Shown here piece by piece: positions 36,991-49,014 of a stretch of 64,000 nt of DNA. The DNA is taken from assembly GCF_011386835.1 (NCBI RefSeq), contig NC_088791.1:49290001-49354000 (forward strand), given 5' to 3'. Below the pieces are notes generated by a model. That model saw nothing but the letters and a program-made list of their open reading frames with translations, ran no database searches and was not told where the DNA came from. The first letter of the stretch is position 1. Every line of letters begins with the position of its first letter. Origin of the DNA: Chrysemys picta bellii (taxonomy: Eukaryota). The translations under genes were made by a program, and so were the position numbers.

Positions 36991-39491
36991 CTTGGACAGG
37001 GTTCTAAAAACTCCTGGTCAGTGTCAGAGCAAATAGGCAATAAATACCACAAGCTAGTCAAGGTTCTGCAGCTCAGACACTGCATATGCACAAAGTTACT
37101 TTCGGTAGATTTGGCAAGAGAAGATTAACATTTAAATGTTGTACCCAACCAATACATATTTTGTAGTAGCTTAATTTGCTTATAAATGATACTTCAGGCA
37201 AAACCCATACAGGTTTTAAGCGCCATAATCTGTTTAACAGCTGTTTCCTTGAGAGATTTAAGGCCCAAATGGCTTCTTCCTCGCTCCCTCCCAATTATAA
37301 TATTTATGCTCATGTAGTCTGGGAACAGAAACAACAACTAATCACTTGAATTTTCTAGAGTAAAATTTTCACAGCAAACTATTCTAAAGCAAGCCATGGT
37401 GTTAAAAAAAAATTGTAAAATGTTGCTGAAAACTTTTGAAAAACTAATGGATTTGAGGAAATCATGATCCCCTTATGGAACCTGTGTAATCAAAAGAAAG
37501 TCCTAATTTGTGGAAAACATTATTCATGGGAAATTATTCACGAACTTCTATCATTCTTTCAAATGAGGATGTAGAAGACTTTCTTCAAAGCTCATCAACA
37601 CTTCATAACTTGATTGAAAGTGTGTACTGCTAAATGGCAAAGATCCAAGCTAGGTTTGGACCTGGCAGTCTTAATTTCTTACTGTTTATTTTTGCTAAAT
37701 GAGAGGTTCACCCCTCACAATTTAGGGAGCAAAAGACCCAAAAATGAACAAAACTCTCCCAGGGCTCCCGCAAAAAATTATATTTAACAGCAAACTTCGG
37801 TTTAAAAACAACTCTCTCAATTTGAAATATATTTTCTGAAAACAAATGGTCCCTTTCTTTATCAATATTTCTTTTAAGAAAGTGTTCAGTATCTTAGCAG
37901 TTGCATACATGCAGCACATTGCTGCAATTGGATGATAACTCCTTAAAAAAAAAAAAAAAGTCACTTTAGCTACATACAAACAGCAAGGATCTAAATTAGG
38001 GTAAAGCCTTGCAGCCTAAACTTAACTTTCCATAACCAAAGTTTGCCAAATCGTTCCTCATTTTTAGTTATATATTTTAATGTCGTCATTTTGTTTTTAA
38101 AGGTCACAATAATTATTATAAATAGTAGTATTAGCACAACATTTTTCATCTTCCTTATACACATTAACAATTACTCAGTATCCAAGTTAAATATTAAAGT
38201 TTGACACAAGCATTTTTTCAGGTTAGCTTCCCTTCTGCTATCTCCACCCACTTCTTTTATTTAAACTGGGTAGATCTGTATAACAAATAGATTTTAAGAG
38301 ATCCATTACATGACCATCTAAACGGCACAAGATCAGCCAAAGTTAAATTGCAACATGTAAAGAAAACACACACATGCAGGCTGATCTTTTTTTCTTTTGT
38401 AATACTTGACACTAACCTGTCACAGACTGACCCAATAAGCTTTCATATCAGGCAGGCAGGTCATATATGATAAAAGGTTTTCATGTCTGTAATGGTAAAT
38501 AAGCTCACTTACAGAATGCTGACCTTGGTCAGCTTTTTAGCTAACTATATTCACAGAGTTCAGACAACTCAAAACAAATCTCCCAAGCACTCTGCTGTCT
38601 CGCAGCAAGAATCAAAAAGGGCAAAACCGCAATCAAAGTGGCAGTTGAGGTCCTCAGCAGGGGTTTGTTCAAGGCCCATACAGAGAGATGAACAGAAGTC
38701 TCAGCAGGTGTTACAGGTCTCATGCAGATAGGAGGAGCAGACCTGGGGAAAGCCAAGGATGAACACTGAGCACTGTCAGAAGAGACAGGCCACAACCAAA
38801 GCAGCACAGCAGTCTGAGACAAACAAGAGACAAGCTGAAGAGAAGCCAGCTGAGCAAAAGTAAAATAACGATGATAATAATAATTAAATTAAATAGAGAT
38901 ATGGTATACATTTACAGAGCAGTGTGCAAGAGCTGACAGCATAAACCCTGTTATCTATGTGAACAACCCCCTCTGCAGCTGCTCTCCACACCACCTTGAA
39001 AATATTCAATATTCCTAAGCAAAATACTGAACTACAAATTTTAAAAATACGAACGGGCCACATACACAGCAGTTTTCCCTAGTTTGGAGAAAAAAACATA
39101 AAAATGCAAAACATGAGAAGACATGATAGTATCAGCCTTTTAAAAACTGACAAAAGTCATTTCTCTTCTTCGGGAAAATTAAAAAGCTACCTGAAACAAT
39201 CAGGCATATAACCTTGCACAACAAAAGAAAGCTTTCATGAGGGCCCATAATATGAGCTCTTGAAACACAATCTGATAAGGAAGATGATCCAATTTTTAAA
39301 TATTGCCAGTTTAAATTAGATAAGGATACCTCAGAATCTGCAGTATTCCCTCCCTCTGTTTATCATACCAAACACTATGAATACTACCAATAATTAGAGC
39401 TACCAAAGCTACTGCAATCCGTAGGCCCTGATCTGTAATAGGTTAGTCTGACAGCCAGCTGCCCTAGCAATGGCTCCAGAATTTTCCTCTG

Positions 39492-39647
39492 TCATAGAAT
39501 ATCAGGGTTGGAAGGGACCTCAGGAGGTCATTTAGTCGACCCCCCTCTCAAAGCAGGACCAATCCCAGACAGATTTTTGCCCCAGATCCCTAAATGGCCC
39601 CCTCAAGGATTGAACTCACAACCTTGGGTTTAGCAGGCCAATGAGCT
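39492..39647 (-). mobile_element. tRNA-derived SINE with CR1 3' tail (turtle PolIII/SINE type)
   Basis: Minus strand: tagctcattggcctgctaaacccaaggttgtgaGTTCAATCCttgagggggcc (B box at 39607-39615), followed by the CR1 3' end and ATTCTATGA tail. Confidence 0.85.
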
Positions 39648-39679
39648 ATACCCGCCCCCCCTACATTGTTCTAGAATCT

Positions 39680-42600
39680 AGAGAGAGTCCTGCCGGGTTG
39701 TATACAGCATGCCTCTCCCTCCTGTGTATCTTTTCTCCTCCCTTTGGCATTCTGTCATGAGAGGAGGGGGACCTGGGTCCCAACCCAGGGTCCTGAAGGG
39801 GAGTTCCAGTGTCCACACCACTTGTTGGTCCACCCCACATTGCACGCCCCTATAGATCACTTCCTAATGGACTGTGGTTCTTCTGTTTGGGTCCAGTCAC
39901 AGGCTCAGCAGTATCAGTGTAAACAATGTCCCCTGCTTCAGGGCCTCTCTTGGGTCCCCAGGTCAAAAGGTATGTGTTAGAGTTACCACCTTTGAAATGC
40001 AAAAAACCATCCTCCCCTCATCCCCCACAAGGCAAGCCTGCCGCAACCTAACCACAAGACAACTCCGCAACCCCCGCCCTCAACAGCCAGTTATAGTATC
40101 TACAGAGAGAACACATCTAGATAAGACTGATAATTCCATTTTTTATTTTTACACTGTGATTCTATTTATCCAAGCTGCTTTGTTTGTGTGCATCGTCATT
40201 GAGATTATTTTTCCCAAACTGCATTGAGTCTATATTTTAACTATACACTTGAATGTGAACGTTCTGGAACTTTATACATAAAAAAAATCCATTGAATCTA
40301 TTTCTTGAATTTGTATTTACCATTTCATTTTGCCATTTCCAGCAATTTCTTATTTTTAACGGCAGCATCGTAGAATTCCAGACAGGAATAGCAGAGGTTG
40401 CGTCTAATGCAAAGCTCACTTTTAACCACTTCAACACTGAGGTGATTCCGCTCATCAGTCCAAAGGTTTGGTAGTGGGCAGACAGCTGCTGTATTTTTAA
40501 GTTTTGATTTGTCATCACTTAAACTGAGGAAGTGGGAACACTGCAGCATCTGTAGCTGGATACTAACTTTTAACATTAGATATCCCAGTGTATTGTGTTG
40601 ATAATGCAAATCTTTAGACCCAGGTAAAAATAAAAACCTGGCAGATTAAATTATTTTTCTGGCAACTGGCAAATCCATATAAAAAAAGCCAGTCTGGTCA
40701 AATACCAGCCAGGTGGTAACCCTAGTATGTGGGAGTGAGAGAGAATATGGATCACAGTTTCCAGAGTGGCCATGCCAATGCTGTAGTCACTATTCCCACA
40801 GCTCTAGGCATTAGCCTCACTGCCTGGTGAAGTCTTTAACACCATCCCCCTGTCCCTCGGCTACCAATGTCCTTTTAAAAATCGTTCCTCCACCTGCTGA
40901 GGGGCAAGCCTCCCTGACCTAGTACTGCTCCCCATGCCTTGCTCTGATTTAGCATAATGTCTGTATACCCCTTCATACACTCTTCCACTCGGTTCTGGAT
41001 TCGCCAGGTGGACTTGTGTTGACAGGCCACCACATCCTGTGAAAAGAAGTCTGCATTTTTATTCTCTCTGCCAACTCCACGTAGCACTTCAAAGCAGTAT
41101 GTTTGCAGAGATGTATACCACCGTAGGTTTTCTGAGTTGTGGTTATTCATAGACTGTTGCCATTGTAGGGGTGTATGATCAGTCACCAGCCGGAATGGGT
41201 GACCCCACAGGCACACCTACAATCCACTTTAGCGCGAGGGCCTCCTTCTCCATCACTGAATAGGCAACTTCCTGCTAAGATAAAGGATAGGATGTTCCAC
41301 CTTTTCCCCCACTTCTTGTGACAGGATGGCTCCAAGGGCAACGTCAGATGTATTTGCAAAATGCAAGGTTTTGAGAACTTGGGGTGAAACCAAACTAGTT
41401 CCTGGGTCAGTCATTTTAATACCTGGAAGGCTCTGCCACTTGCTTCAGTCCAGCAGATTTTTCTTGGTGGGGTAATCTTCCTTGGAGATTGTTAAGAGGG
41501 CATAAACTGTGGCAAAGTGGGAGATGAACTACCTATGGTATTCCACTAGCCTCAGAAAGCAACATACCTGTTTCTTTCTAGAAGGGATTGGTCATTCTGA
41601 TAAGGCCTTCACCTTTCCCAATGGGGGTAACCACCTCCCACCTTCACCACCAATGGGAGTAAATCACTCTCTGCCCACAATATATCCCAGGAAGCTTACT
41701 TTATGGTTGGCCAATTGACATTTAGTAGAGTTGGCTGTCAGTCTGGCTTCCTGGAATGCCTGTAAGATAATTGTGAGGTGCTTCCTGTGATCATTCCAGG
41801 TCTTGCTATAAATGGGTCTCTTCCCATTGTGTCCACAGACTCTCCACTTTCTTCCGCCAGGGCCTTCCTGGGCCCCGCTTCTATCAATTCCCCAAAACTG
41901 CCAGTCCTGCCTAATTATAACAGGGTAGGCTAGGTTCGTGGTCACCCCCACACGGGCCATGTCTGTGTGGTTCTGAATTGTTAACTGCACCCACCTTGTG
42001 GGGTATGAGGCATATATCCCCCGGGATGCACAGTGGAAACGTGGCACCTAATTGCTCTCCCTTGATGCCAGCCTGGTATCCTCTTGATCATCATCTGATT
42101 ACACTCTGAGTCTATTAAGCCTTGGACCTGATCCCATTAACTTGCACTGGGACCACCAATTTTTCTGTTCTCTTCTTACGGGCGCTGGATTCTGCCACAC
42201 AGACCCACCCATATTTGCAATCCATATTTGGGAAAACCTGTCAGAAACTGCCTAGCTGCCCACACACAAAGCAGTTACCTGAGAGTGGAAGGGTCTTGGC
42301 TGCTTGTGCTCTCAGATTCAACAGTGTTCCTGTGAAGGAGCCTCTTACCAGGCTGGAATCTCCTTCCTGACTTATCTCTCCATGAGCATTAACTCCTGAA
42401 GGTGCTCTGCTCAGCTGGCCTTCCTCCCCTTGGATAGGGAGGTTTCTCACACACCACCCCTCCTTGCCCTTCCTCCAGTCACCTGAGTTGCTTGTGGCTG
42501 GCTGAGTACCCCACCCTGCAGTGTTTCTTGGACAGGCCCAGTGGTCAGCATATAGCTCTTGGTCAGTGTCACTGCTTCTCACAGTCTCCGATCAGTGTCT

Positions 42601-42790
42601 GGATACCCATTCCTATACTCTGGGCAGGAAAACCGAGAGGAACTGTTCTAACATGATCTTCTCAGCCACCTGTACTCCCATTCTTTCATCAGACCAGAGC
42701 CACTACCAGCAGTGTTCCTTTAAAGTCTGGGCTACCACCGTGGGTCAAGCTCCACCCAAAAATTTCTCTGGCTGCAACTCTCCTATAACA
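39680..42790 (-). mobile_element. Decayed SCAN-domain (Gmr1-like) Gypsy element with 3' LTR
   Basis: SCAN-like AEKIMLEQFLSVFLP, zinc knuckle CFVCGQLG, RT HLTIILQAFQEARLTANSTKCQ, RNase H FRLVTDHTPLQW...NADFFS. PPT-like GTGGAAGAG precedes an LTR start TGTATG at 40979. Left end approximate. Confidence 0.8.
39978..40724 (-). mobile_element. Non-autonomous hAT element (747 bp) in the Gypsy LTR
   Basis: TIRs tagagttaccacct / aggtggtaacccta, TSD gtatgtgt/gtatgtgg (7/8), and a dimerization-domain remnant WTDERNHLSVEVVKSELCIRRN. Confidence 0.88.
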
Positions 42791-43239
42791 TCACTACTGT
42801 AACTATGACAATTGCTTCCATTGAAAAGTAATAGAAAATATTTTTAGTTATTGTCAGTATAATAAATGCCTTGCCCTCCTATCTATTCAATTTCTTTCCC
42901 TTCACTCCTCTGCACATAGTTCTCTGCTGCCTGGTCTCCTGACATCCCCCTACATATCCTTTCTTGCTACTTGGTTCTCTTCTCCCTTGCTCCCCTGTAC
43001 ATGCTGCTCAGCTCTCTGTTCTTCTTCACCACCTATTCCCTGGCAATGATGCAGCTGGGCGGTAATTCCAATCTCTCCTGGACACTGTTCCTTCCAAGTC
43101 TACTCAGTGAATACTGATGTCTCCTTTACCTATGTAGCAAAAGGCCTCTAGAGGCACTGGCTATAGTTACTCATTTCCAGTTGTTTATACAGGCCTCAAG
43201 GTGTGTGTTTGCAAAGAGGAGCCTATCCACATGTAATAG

Positions 43240-43424
43240 TACACCCCTACCCCAATATAATGCTGTCCTCAGGAGCCAAAAAATCTTACCGTTATAGGTG
43301 AAACCATGTTATATTGAACTTGCTTTGATCCGCCGGAGCGCACAGCCCCCCCGGAGCGCTGCTTTACCACGTTATATCTGAATTAGTGTTATATCGGATT
43401 GCGTTATATCGGGGTAGAGGTGTA
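43240..43424. mobile_element. Tc1/mariner (Tigger-like) MITE
   Basis: 24-bp TIRs tacacccctaccccaatataatgc / gcgttatatcggggtagaggtgta with TA at both ends. Confidence 0.85.
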
Positions 43425-44285
43425 GCTGAAAACAATTAAGAGAGTCAGCACTCCCAAGCCAGAGTTCTGCACAGCTCAATCTGGGAATACCGGCATAAGG
43501 AAATACAATGTTAAATACAGTACTATTCATCCACAAAAAGATTAGCAGAGGACCATACAGAATGGGCTACCATGGTTGCAAACCTCCAGTAATGGAGATG
43601 CTACTTAAGAAGAAGAAATACAATGCTGCCACCAATCTGCATAAAAGACTATTTCTTTGAATCAACATAAGAAAATTTAACAGAGAAGTTAACATTTTTA
43701 GTTCCAATGTGGCTATTTATTTATATATTAGTAAAAGCAAGTGTGTATTCATGTATTTGAAAAAAAAATGAGTCAACCCAGCATGCAATGGTCACCACTG
43801 TAACATACCACCTAATCATCACCTTCTTCAGCTAGGTAAGTTACTATATTTCCAACAAAAAAGCTTGAGTTCTGAGCTGTAGCTCAAAAATTACTTTTTC
43901 AAGAGAGACGAGATATTGTCTTACCCTTTGAGAGTTTCTGTTGTGTTTGCAGTGGATGGTATGGAGTAGAGCAAGGTTTCTTCAGGGACAGCATGGATTA
44001 ATAATGGATGCAAAGTAAGTACAGGAATAGCGAGTACATTTATACCCTTATCTGGATGTGAAAGTATTTCTAAATTGCGTATTCTACTAATCTGTCCCAA
44101 AGATACATTATCTAATTCTTTAAAATAGCAGAATTTAAAGGTTTCTGCTACTGCTACTGAACTGCATGGTCACATTGTGTTGAACAGGCTGAACAGCAAC
44201 TCCTAAAATCACCAGACCAGATTCTGGCCTGTTGCAGTATCAGTGCATTCAGAGCTGAAATAGTTAGTGAAAAGGGATATGAGAT

Positions 44286-45167
44286 TGTAGTGAGTCGGTG
44301 TGGCTCCCTGCCGCCCCAGAGGGGGAAGAGCCCATCCGGAGGCCAGAGTGGGCGGAGCTAGAGAGTTCTGAGCCCGCCCCTCAGGGGGTCAGGCAGTGAC
44401 CCGGAAGTACAAAGGCTCGCCCTCAGAACTCAGTCAGGCCCCAGCCGCCAGAGAGACCAGACGTCTCCAGCCTAGCTCGGGGCTGGGAAACCTCCGCTGC
44501 CTGGGGCAGCCGCCAGGAGCCGCCGGGCCTGCCCTGCGCCCGCTACCCGGAGGAGCTGCCAGACTCGCCGAACGATCCCTGGCCTGACGAACCCAGCCAA
44601 CACAAGCCCCCAGATAGGCCCCGAGGGAGAGTGTGGAAGTAGCCCGGGGGCAGCCGACCCCAGTCTGGCTGCAGCACTGCCAGAGCCAATGTCAGTGTGT
44701 TGCGGCCAGGATCCCCACTGACAGCAGCGGGCCTTCTGCCGCTGCTAGGGCCCCGGGCTGGGACGCAGTGGAGTGGGAGGGCCTGCGTCCCCCCTGCCAC
44801 CCAACCTGTGGGTGGCAGTCCCCCCCTCTCCCAGGCCTTTTGAGGCTTGAGCCTACTATTGTTGCTCAACCCTGACTGAGGGTCTGAGCTCCTGACTCAG
44901 TGTTTGTTGTCCCGCCCTGACCTAGGGCCTGGGCTTAAATACTTTGTTTTACTGTTGCTTAGCCCTGACTGAGGGTCTGAGCTTCTGACTCAGCGTTTGT
45001 TGCCCTGCCCTGAGCAGGGTGAGGCTTACCGTGTTCTTCTAGCTACAGCAAGAGCTGCCGAGGGAGACCCACGGCCGGACAAGTTTCTCCAGCGCACCGG
45101 TGTGTAGTGAGCCAGTGTGGCTCCCCGCCGCCCCGGAGATGGTCGAGCCCCGGCAAACTCTTGTACA
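44286..45167 (+). mobile_element. Solo-LTR-like element (882 bp) with its 5' head repeated near the 3' end
   Basis: TGTA...TACA termini and 5-bp TSD GAGAT (44281-44285 / 45168-45172). GC boxes, CCGGAAGT ETS motif, internal ~60-bp direct repeats (44860, 44953), first ~48 nt repeated at 45103. Confidence 0.85.
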
Positions 45168-46345
45168 GAGATGTTTTCCCCTTTGCTGGTAGCAGGGCAG
45201 GATCTCAATTTAGCGCTTCAGAGAGCGCCAGCAGCAGTGTCAAACTTCTGTATGAGAAGATGTGGTCTGCTGGGTGGAGTAAGGTGTGGGAAGGTGTTGG
45301 CTTTAGCTTTCTACTGCAGATACTGAGGTCTGGAGCACATGCTAGCAGGTGCTGCATGCTGCTTCTTTTCCAGTGATCAGTGAAGCATTCCCTGTAGTGT
45401 ACACCTCCATCCCCTTCTTCCCTGACTGATGGACCTTGTTCTGGTCAATATGGGTCTTCACCCTCCCGTGCTGCTCCAAAGCACCATCATGTAAGTGTAG
45501 GGTTTTGTCCATAGATATTAGATTTGGTAGTGAACTGATGGACCACCTGGCATGAACAGATTAATGTACTCTGAAATACATATTCAGCACATCACAGACC
45601 CGGTAGCCCAGCTATAAATGGGGTCTTGCCTTTATATAAAAATAATTCTTAAATAACACAGTGAGGGGAGAGTTTATCGCACCACCCAATTTCTTTCATC
45701 CTGTTGGCATGGCAGTATGGAATTTTACAAGGCTCAATCTATTGCCTAGTGATTTCTGTAAAACGATACTTTCCCCTTCCCCATGGCCCACCCCAATACC
45801 TTATGATTTAAAATCTCCACTTAACTCCTACAAGAGAAACCCTGTCTCCATTTCCCTTCCTCTTTGGAAGTTGTACACCTTGTGAAAACTATTACTGTAC
45901 TTTCATTAAAAACTCATTTTCTGTCATTATTATTATTTAAATTATCTGTGCATTCTTCCAGTCCATGGTTCATTTGGATTTTTATCTTCCTAAAGCTCAC
46001 CGGAGCCTCTTCCTCTACTCTTGGGTTCCCTGGGCTCGTCTCTCTGACTTGTTTTTACTCCCTTTCAACGAACTCCAACCCTGATCCCTTTTTGAGCTTC
46101 CTCTATCCTTGCTAATGTGATATTCCCCCCCCCACACACACACACACACCAGCCCTTCTCCTTCTTAATAAGCCATATCTGTCCTCTTCCCCCTGCTATT
46201 TCCACTCCTGCACATTATACCACTCCTGTGCCATCCCTGTCACTCATGCACACACTCCTTCTGCAGGCTGAGTAACTACAATTGATTAAACTAACATTTT
46301 CTGTACTAGTGGTGTTGGCAAAGCCACCTCTGGTAGATACTTTTA

Positions 46346-46630
46346 GGGTACATCTACACTACAGCGGGGAGTCGATTTAAGATACGCAAATTCAGCTACG
46401 TGAATAGCGTAGCTGAATTCGACGTATTGCAGCCGACTTACTCCGTTGTGAGGACGGCGGCAAAATCGACTTCTGCCGCTTTTTGTCGGCGGCACTTACT
46501 ACCACCTCCGCTGGTGGAGTTAGAGCGCCGATTCGGGGATCAATTGTCGCGTCCCGACGGGACGCGATAAATCGATCCCCGAGAGGTCGATTTCTACCCG
46601 CCGATTCAGGCGGGTAGTGTAGACCAGACC
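46346..46630. mobile_element. PIF/Harbinger MITE, CpG-rich (related to 24715-25009)
   Basis: gggtacatctacact ... agtgtagaccagacc termini; flanks tta/ata; shared internal palindromes. Confidence 0.85.
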
Positions 46631-47320
46631 ATAGTGATATGATACATTCTGATGCTGCAAGGGCACATTTGACCGTGGGTTCTAATGAGTTTGACTGCAA
46701 CACCCACTCCATGTTCACAGTGATCTTGTTTGCTTTTTCCATGCCAGAAAAAGGTGTCATGCATCTTGCAGAGAGAGCCTGTGTCAGCTAGTCTGATTTC
46801 AGAGAAAGCAGCTATGTTGATTCCAAGCTTCTCCAGCTCTCTGTCAACGACAGCATAATTTTCAAGGGTCAATGACCTCCTGTAGATTGTCTGACATGCC
46901 CGTGCACATTGTCCTCACATTCCAACAAGCAAGTTTGAAGAAGGCATCCATTGAACCTTCTGCCTAGGCAGAAATAAAAAAATAAGACTAAGACTTGCCT
47001 TGGAACCAGAGCCCTCCTCTCAACAGTACTGACTAGGCCCAAGACGTTTGGAAGGCAGCACAGTTGCAGGAGATGCCAGAGAGCATGGCTGAGTTGCAGT
47101 ACCAGCCTCTTGATGTTTTCTCCATAGGGAATTTGGTTCAGGCTTTGTTCAACCAAGAACTAGCTGCAAGACAGCAGCACCAGATGGACATTTGTGGACA
47201 TTGTTTGTGGACGTTGTTTTTCAATCCAGTAGATAGCTGGCATACCCTCACCCATCGCCAAGCACTCAAACACATGGCAGGTTGTACTGGATATGTGATA
47301 CCAGTATCCTGGCCTTATAT
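46631..47320 (-). mobile_element. RTE-clade LINE 5' fragment (5'UTR and start of the APE endonuclease)
   Basis: VDRELEKLGINIAAFSEIRLADTGSL...TFFWHGK...EHGVGVAVK matches the RTE APE N-terminus. Confidence 0.8.
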
Positions 47321-47689
47321 GCCTGACCTGACAATCATTTCCTAAGATTACTTTTCTACGTAAACAATTGCTATCGTTGTGATGTGATTGTCAATTAAGC
47401 ACAAAAGAGAGGGGGCTGTTCACAAGAAAATCTCTTTGTTAGGAAAGATACGGTTCACAATATGAAAAGGTTTTAGAAACTATACTCAAAATTTGTGCAC
47501 ACGACTGCTAGGTGTATAAATGTACAATGTTAGTTACAGCACTGAGGCGTGTGAACCTATATATTTGTACGTTTAACTATATTTGTTACTTTGAATATAG
47601 TAGATTGAATATGCATTTAATTAATCATAAGCAAATTAGCCTTCTATAAGAAGTTACGAAACAGTAACATTTTCATAACTGCCTTCAGA

Positions 47690-47951
47690 GCTGGGCAGCT
47701 GGAAAGCGGCGGCTGCTGGAAGGGCACCCAGCTCTGAAGGCACAGCAAAGGCTGTTGCCCTGGCGCTCAGCTCTGAAGGCAGTGCCACTGCCAACCGCAG
47801 TGCTGAAATTGCTTCCCTTGCCACCCTTGCTTCTCCACTGCTACTGGAGGCGGCGCTGCTTTCAGAGTTGGGTGCCTGGCCAGCAGCCACCACTCTCAGC
47901 TCTGCCTTCACACAGAAGGGGAGCATGATCAAATAAAGTTGAGAACCACTG
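47690..47951. mobile_element. hAT MITE fragment (one terminus)
   Basis: Repeated cagctctgaaggc units and terminus gttgagaaccactg; the other end was not found. Confidence 0.65.
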
Positions 47952-48840
47952 CTCTAGATAAATGTTCTTTTCTGAAGTGGTGATTTATTCCCTGTGCATT
48001 TAGGTCAAATGACCAGTACCAGTGTGTTCACTTGCGGGTTTAATCAACAAAATGAGTGATGAGAGAGCAAGATGAATATTTCCTGCATAATAAGGACTTA
48101 GTACAAACATCACCAACAGTCTTCAGAACTACACCTCCACTTCCAGCAGAAAAAACTACTCAAGTGCTGAAAAAGTTGCCAGCAGGTTTATCCTATTTTT
48201 TGACACAGATGCAGAAGTGTCTACCATAGGACCACAATGCAGAATAAACCAAGTTATGGAAGAGAAAAATAACATTTTTCCACAGATGTGTATTCACCAC
48301 CTGATACCTCCATACAGTTTAATTACAACACAATAAAGCTATGCTCACTCAAACTGAAAACAGTTGAACCTGAGCAACAATTTCAGCAGCTGTCTTAGAT
48401 CATACTATTCAGAGCCAATACAAATATTCCCACCTCCAAAAACCATAGTATTAAGCACCATATTAAACAAGTCTAATTTTAGCTGTTGGATAATTCTGTA
48501 TCTAGAGATTATACGTGACAGTACTATACGTGACTATACAGGGAGTGTACTGTATTTTTAATTTATGGGACTCGAGTATGAAATTACCTCAATTTATGAA
48601 TGGTGACATGAAGTGAAGCAACAACTGTATCAAGCAGAATTACTCAAACTGTGAAAACAGTAAGTACGTGCTAACAGTTCCATAGTAATTTTTATATATT
48701 ATATAGATACATGTTTTCACATATGAACAATTACTTTATATTTTAAGCCCCGCCAGGTAGGGCTTAGCTCATTTGTTTAAGCCCAAAGTAACTTGGGAGA
48801 TCCCTGCAATTAAGAAGAGTAAAATAAGCCCTCTCTGCCC

Positions 48841-48872
<32 letters not shown>

Positions 48873-48873
<1 letters not shown>

Positions 48874-49014
48874 ACACCCAAAGTCCACTGAATGGATCAT
48901 ACAGAAGGATCCTCCTACTTCCGCCTTGCTCCCTCTGGGGAGTAAACAATAGAGGAAGCAAGGGGCAAGCGGGAGGACCCTTCTATTTGATCTGTTCAGT
49001 GGACTTGGAGTGTT
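48873..49014. repeat. 142-bp imperfect palindrome in the MDFIC intron
   Basis: Arms 48873-48936 and 48951-49014 are ~80% complementary around a 14-nt loop (ggggagtaaacaat). Confidence 0.85.

Noticed and set aside
45180-45620. GC-moderate block next to the LTR-like element, considered as its internal region
   Set aside because: It lies outside the TSD and no retroelement motif could be read.
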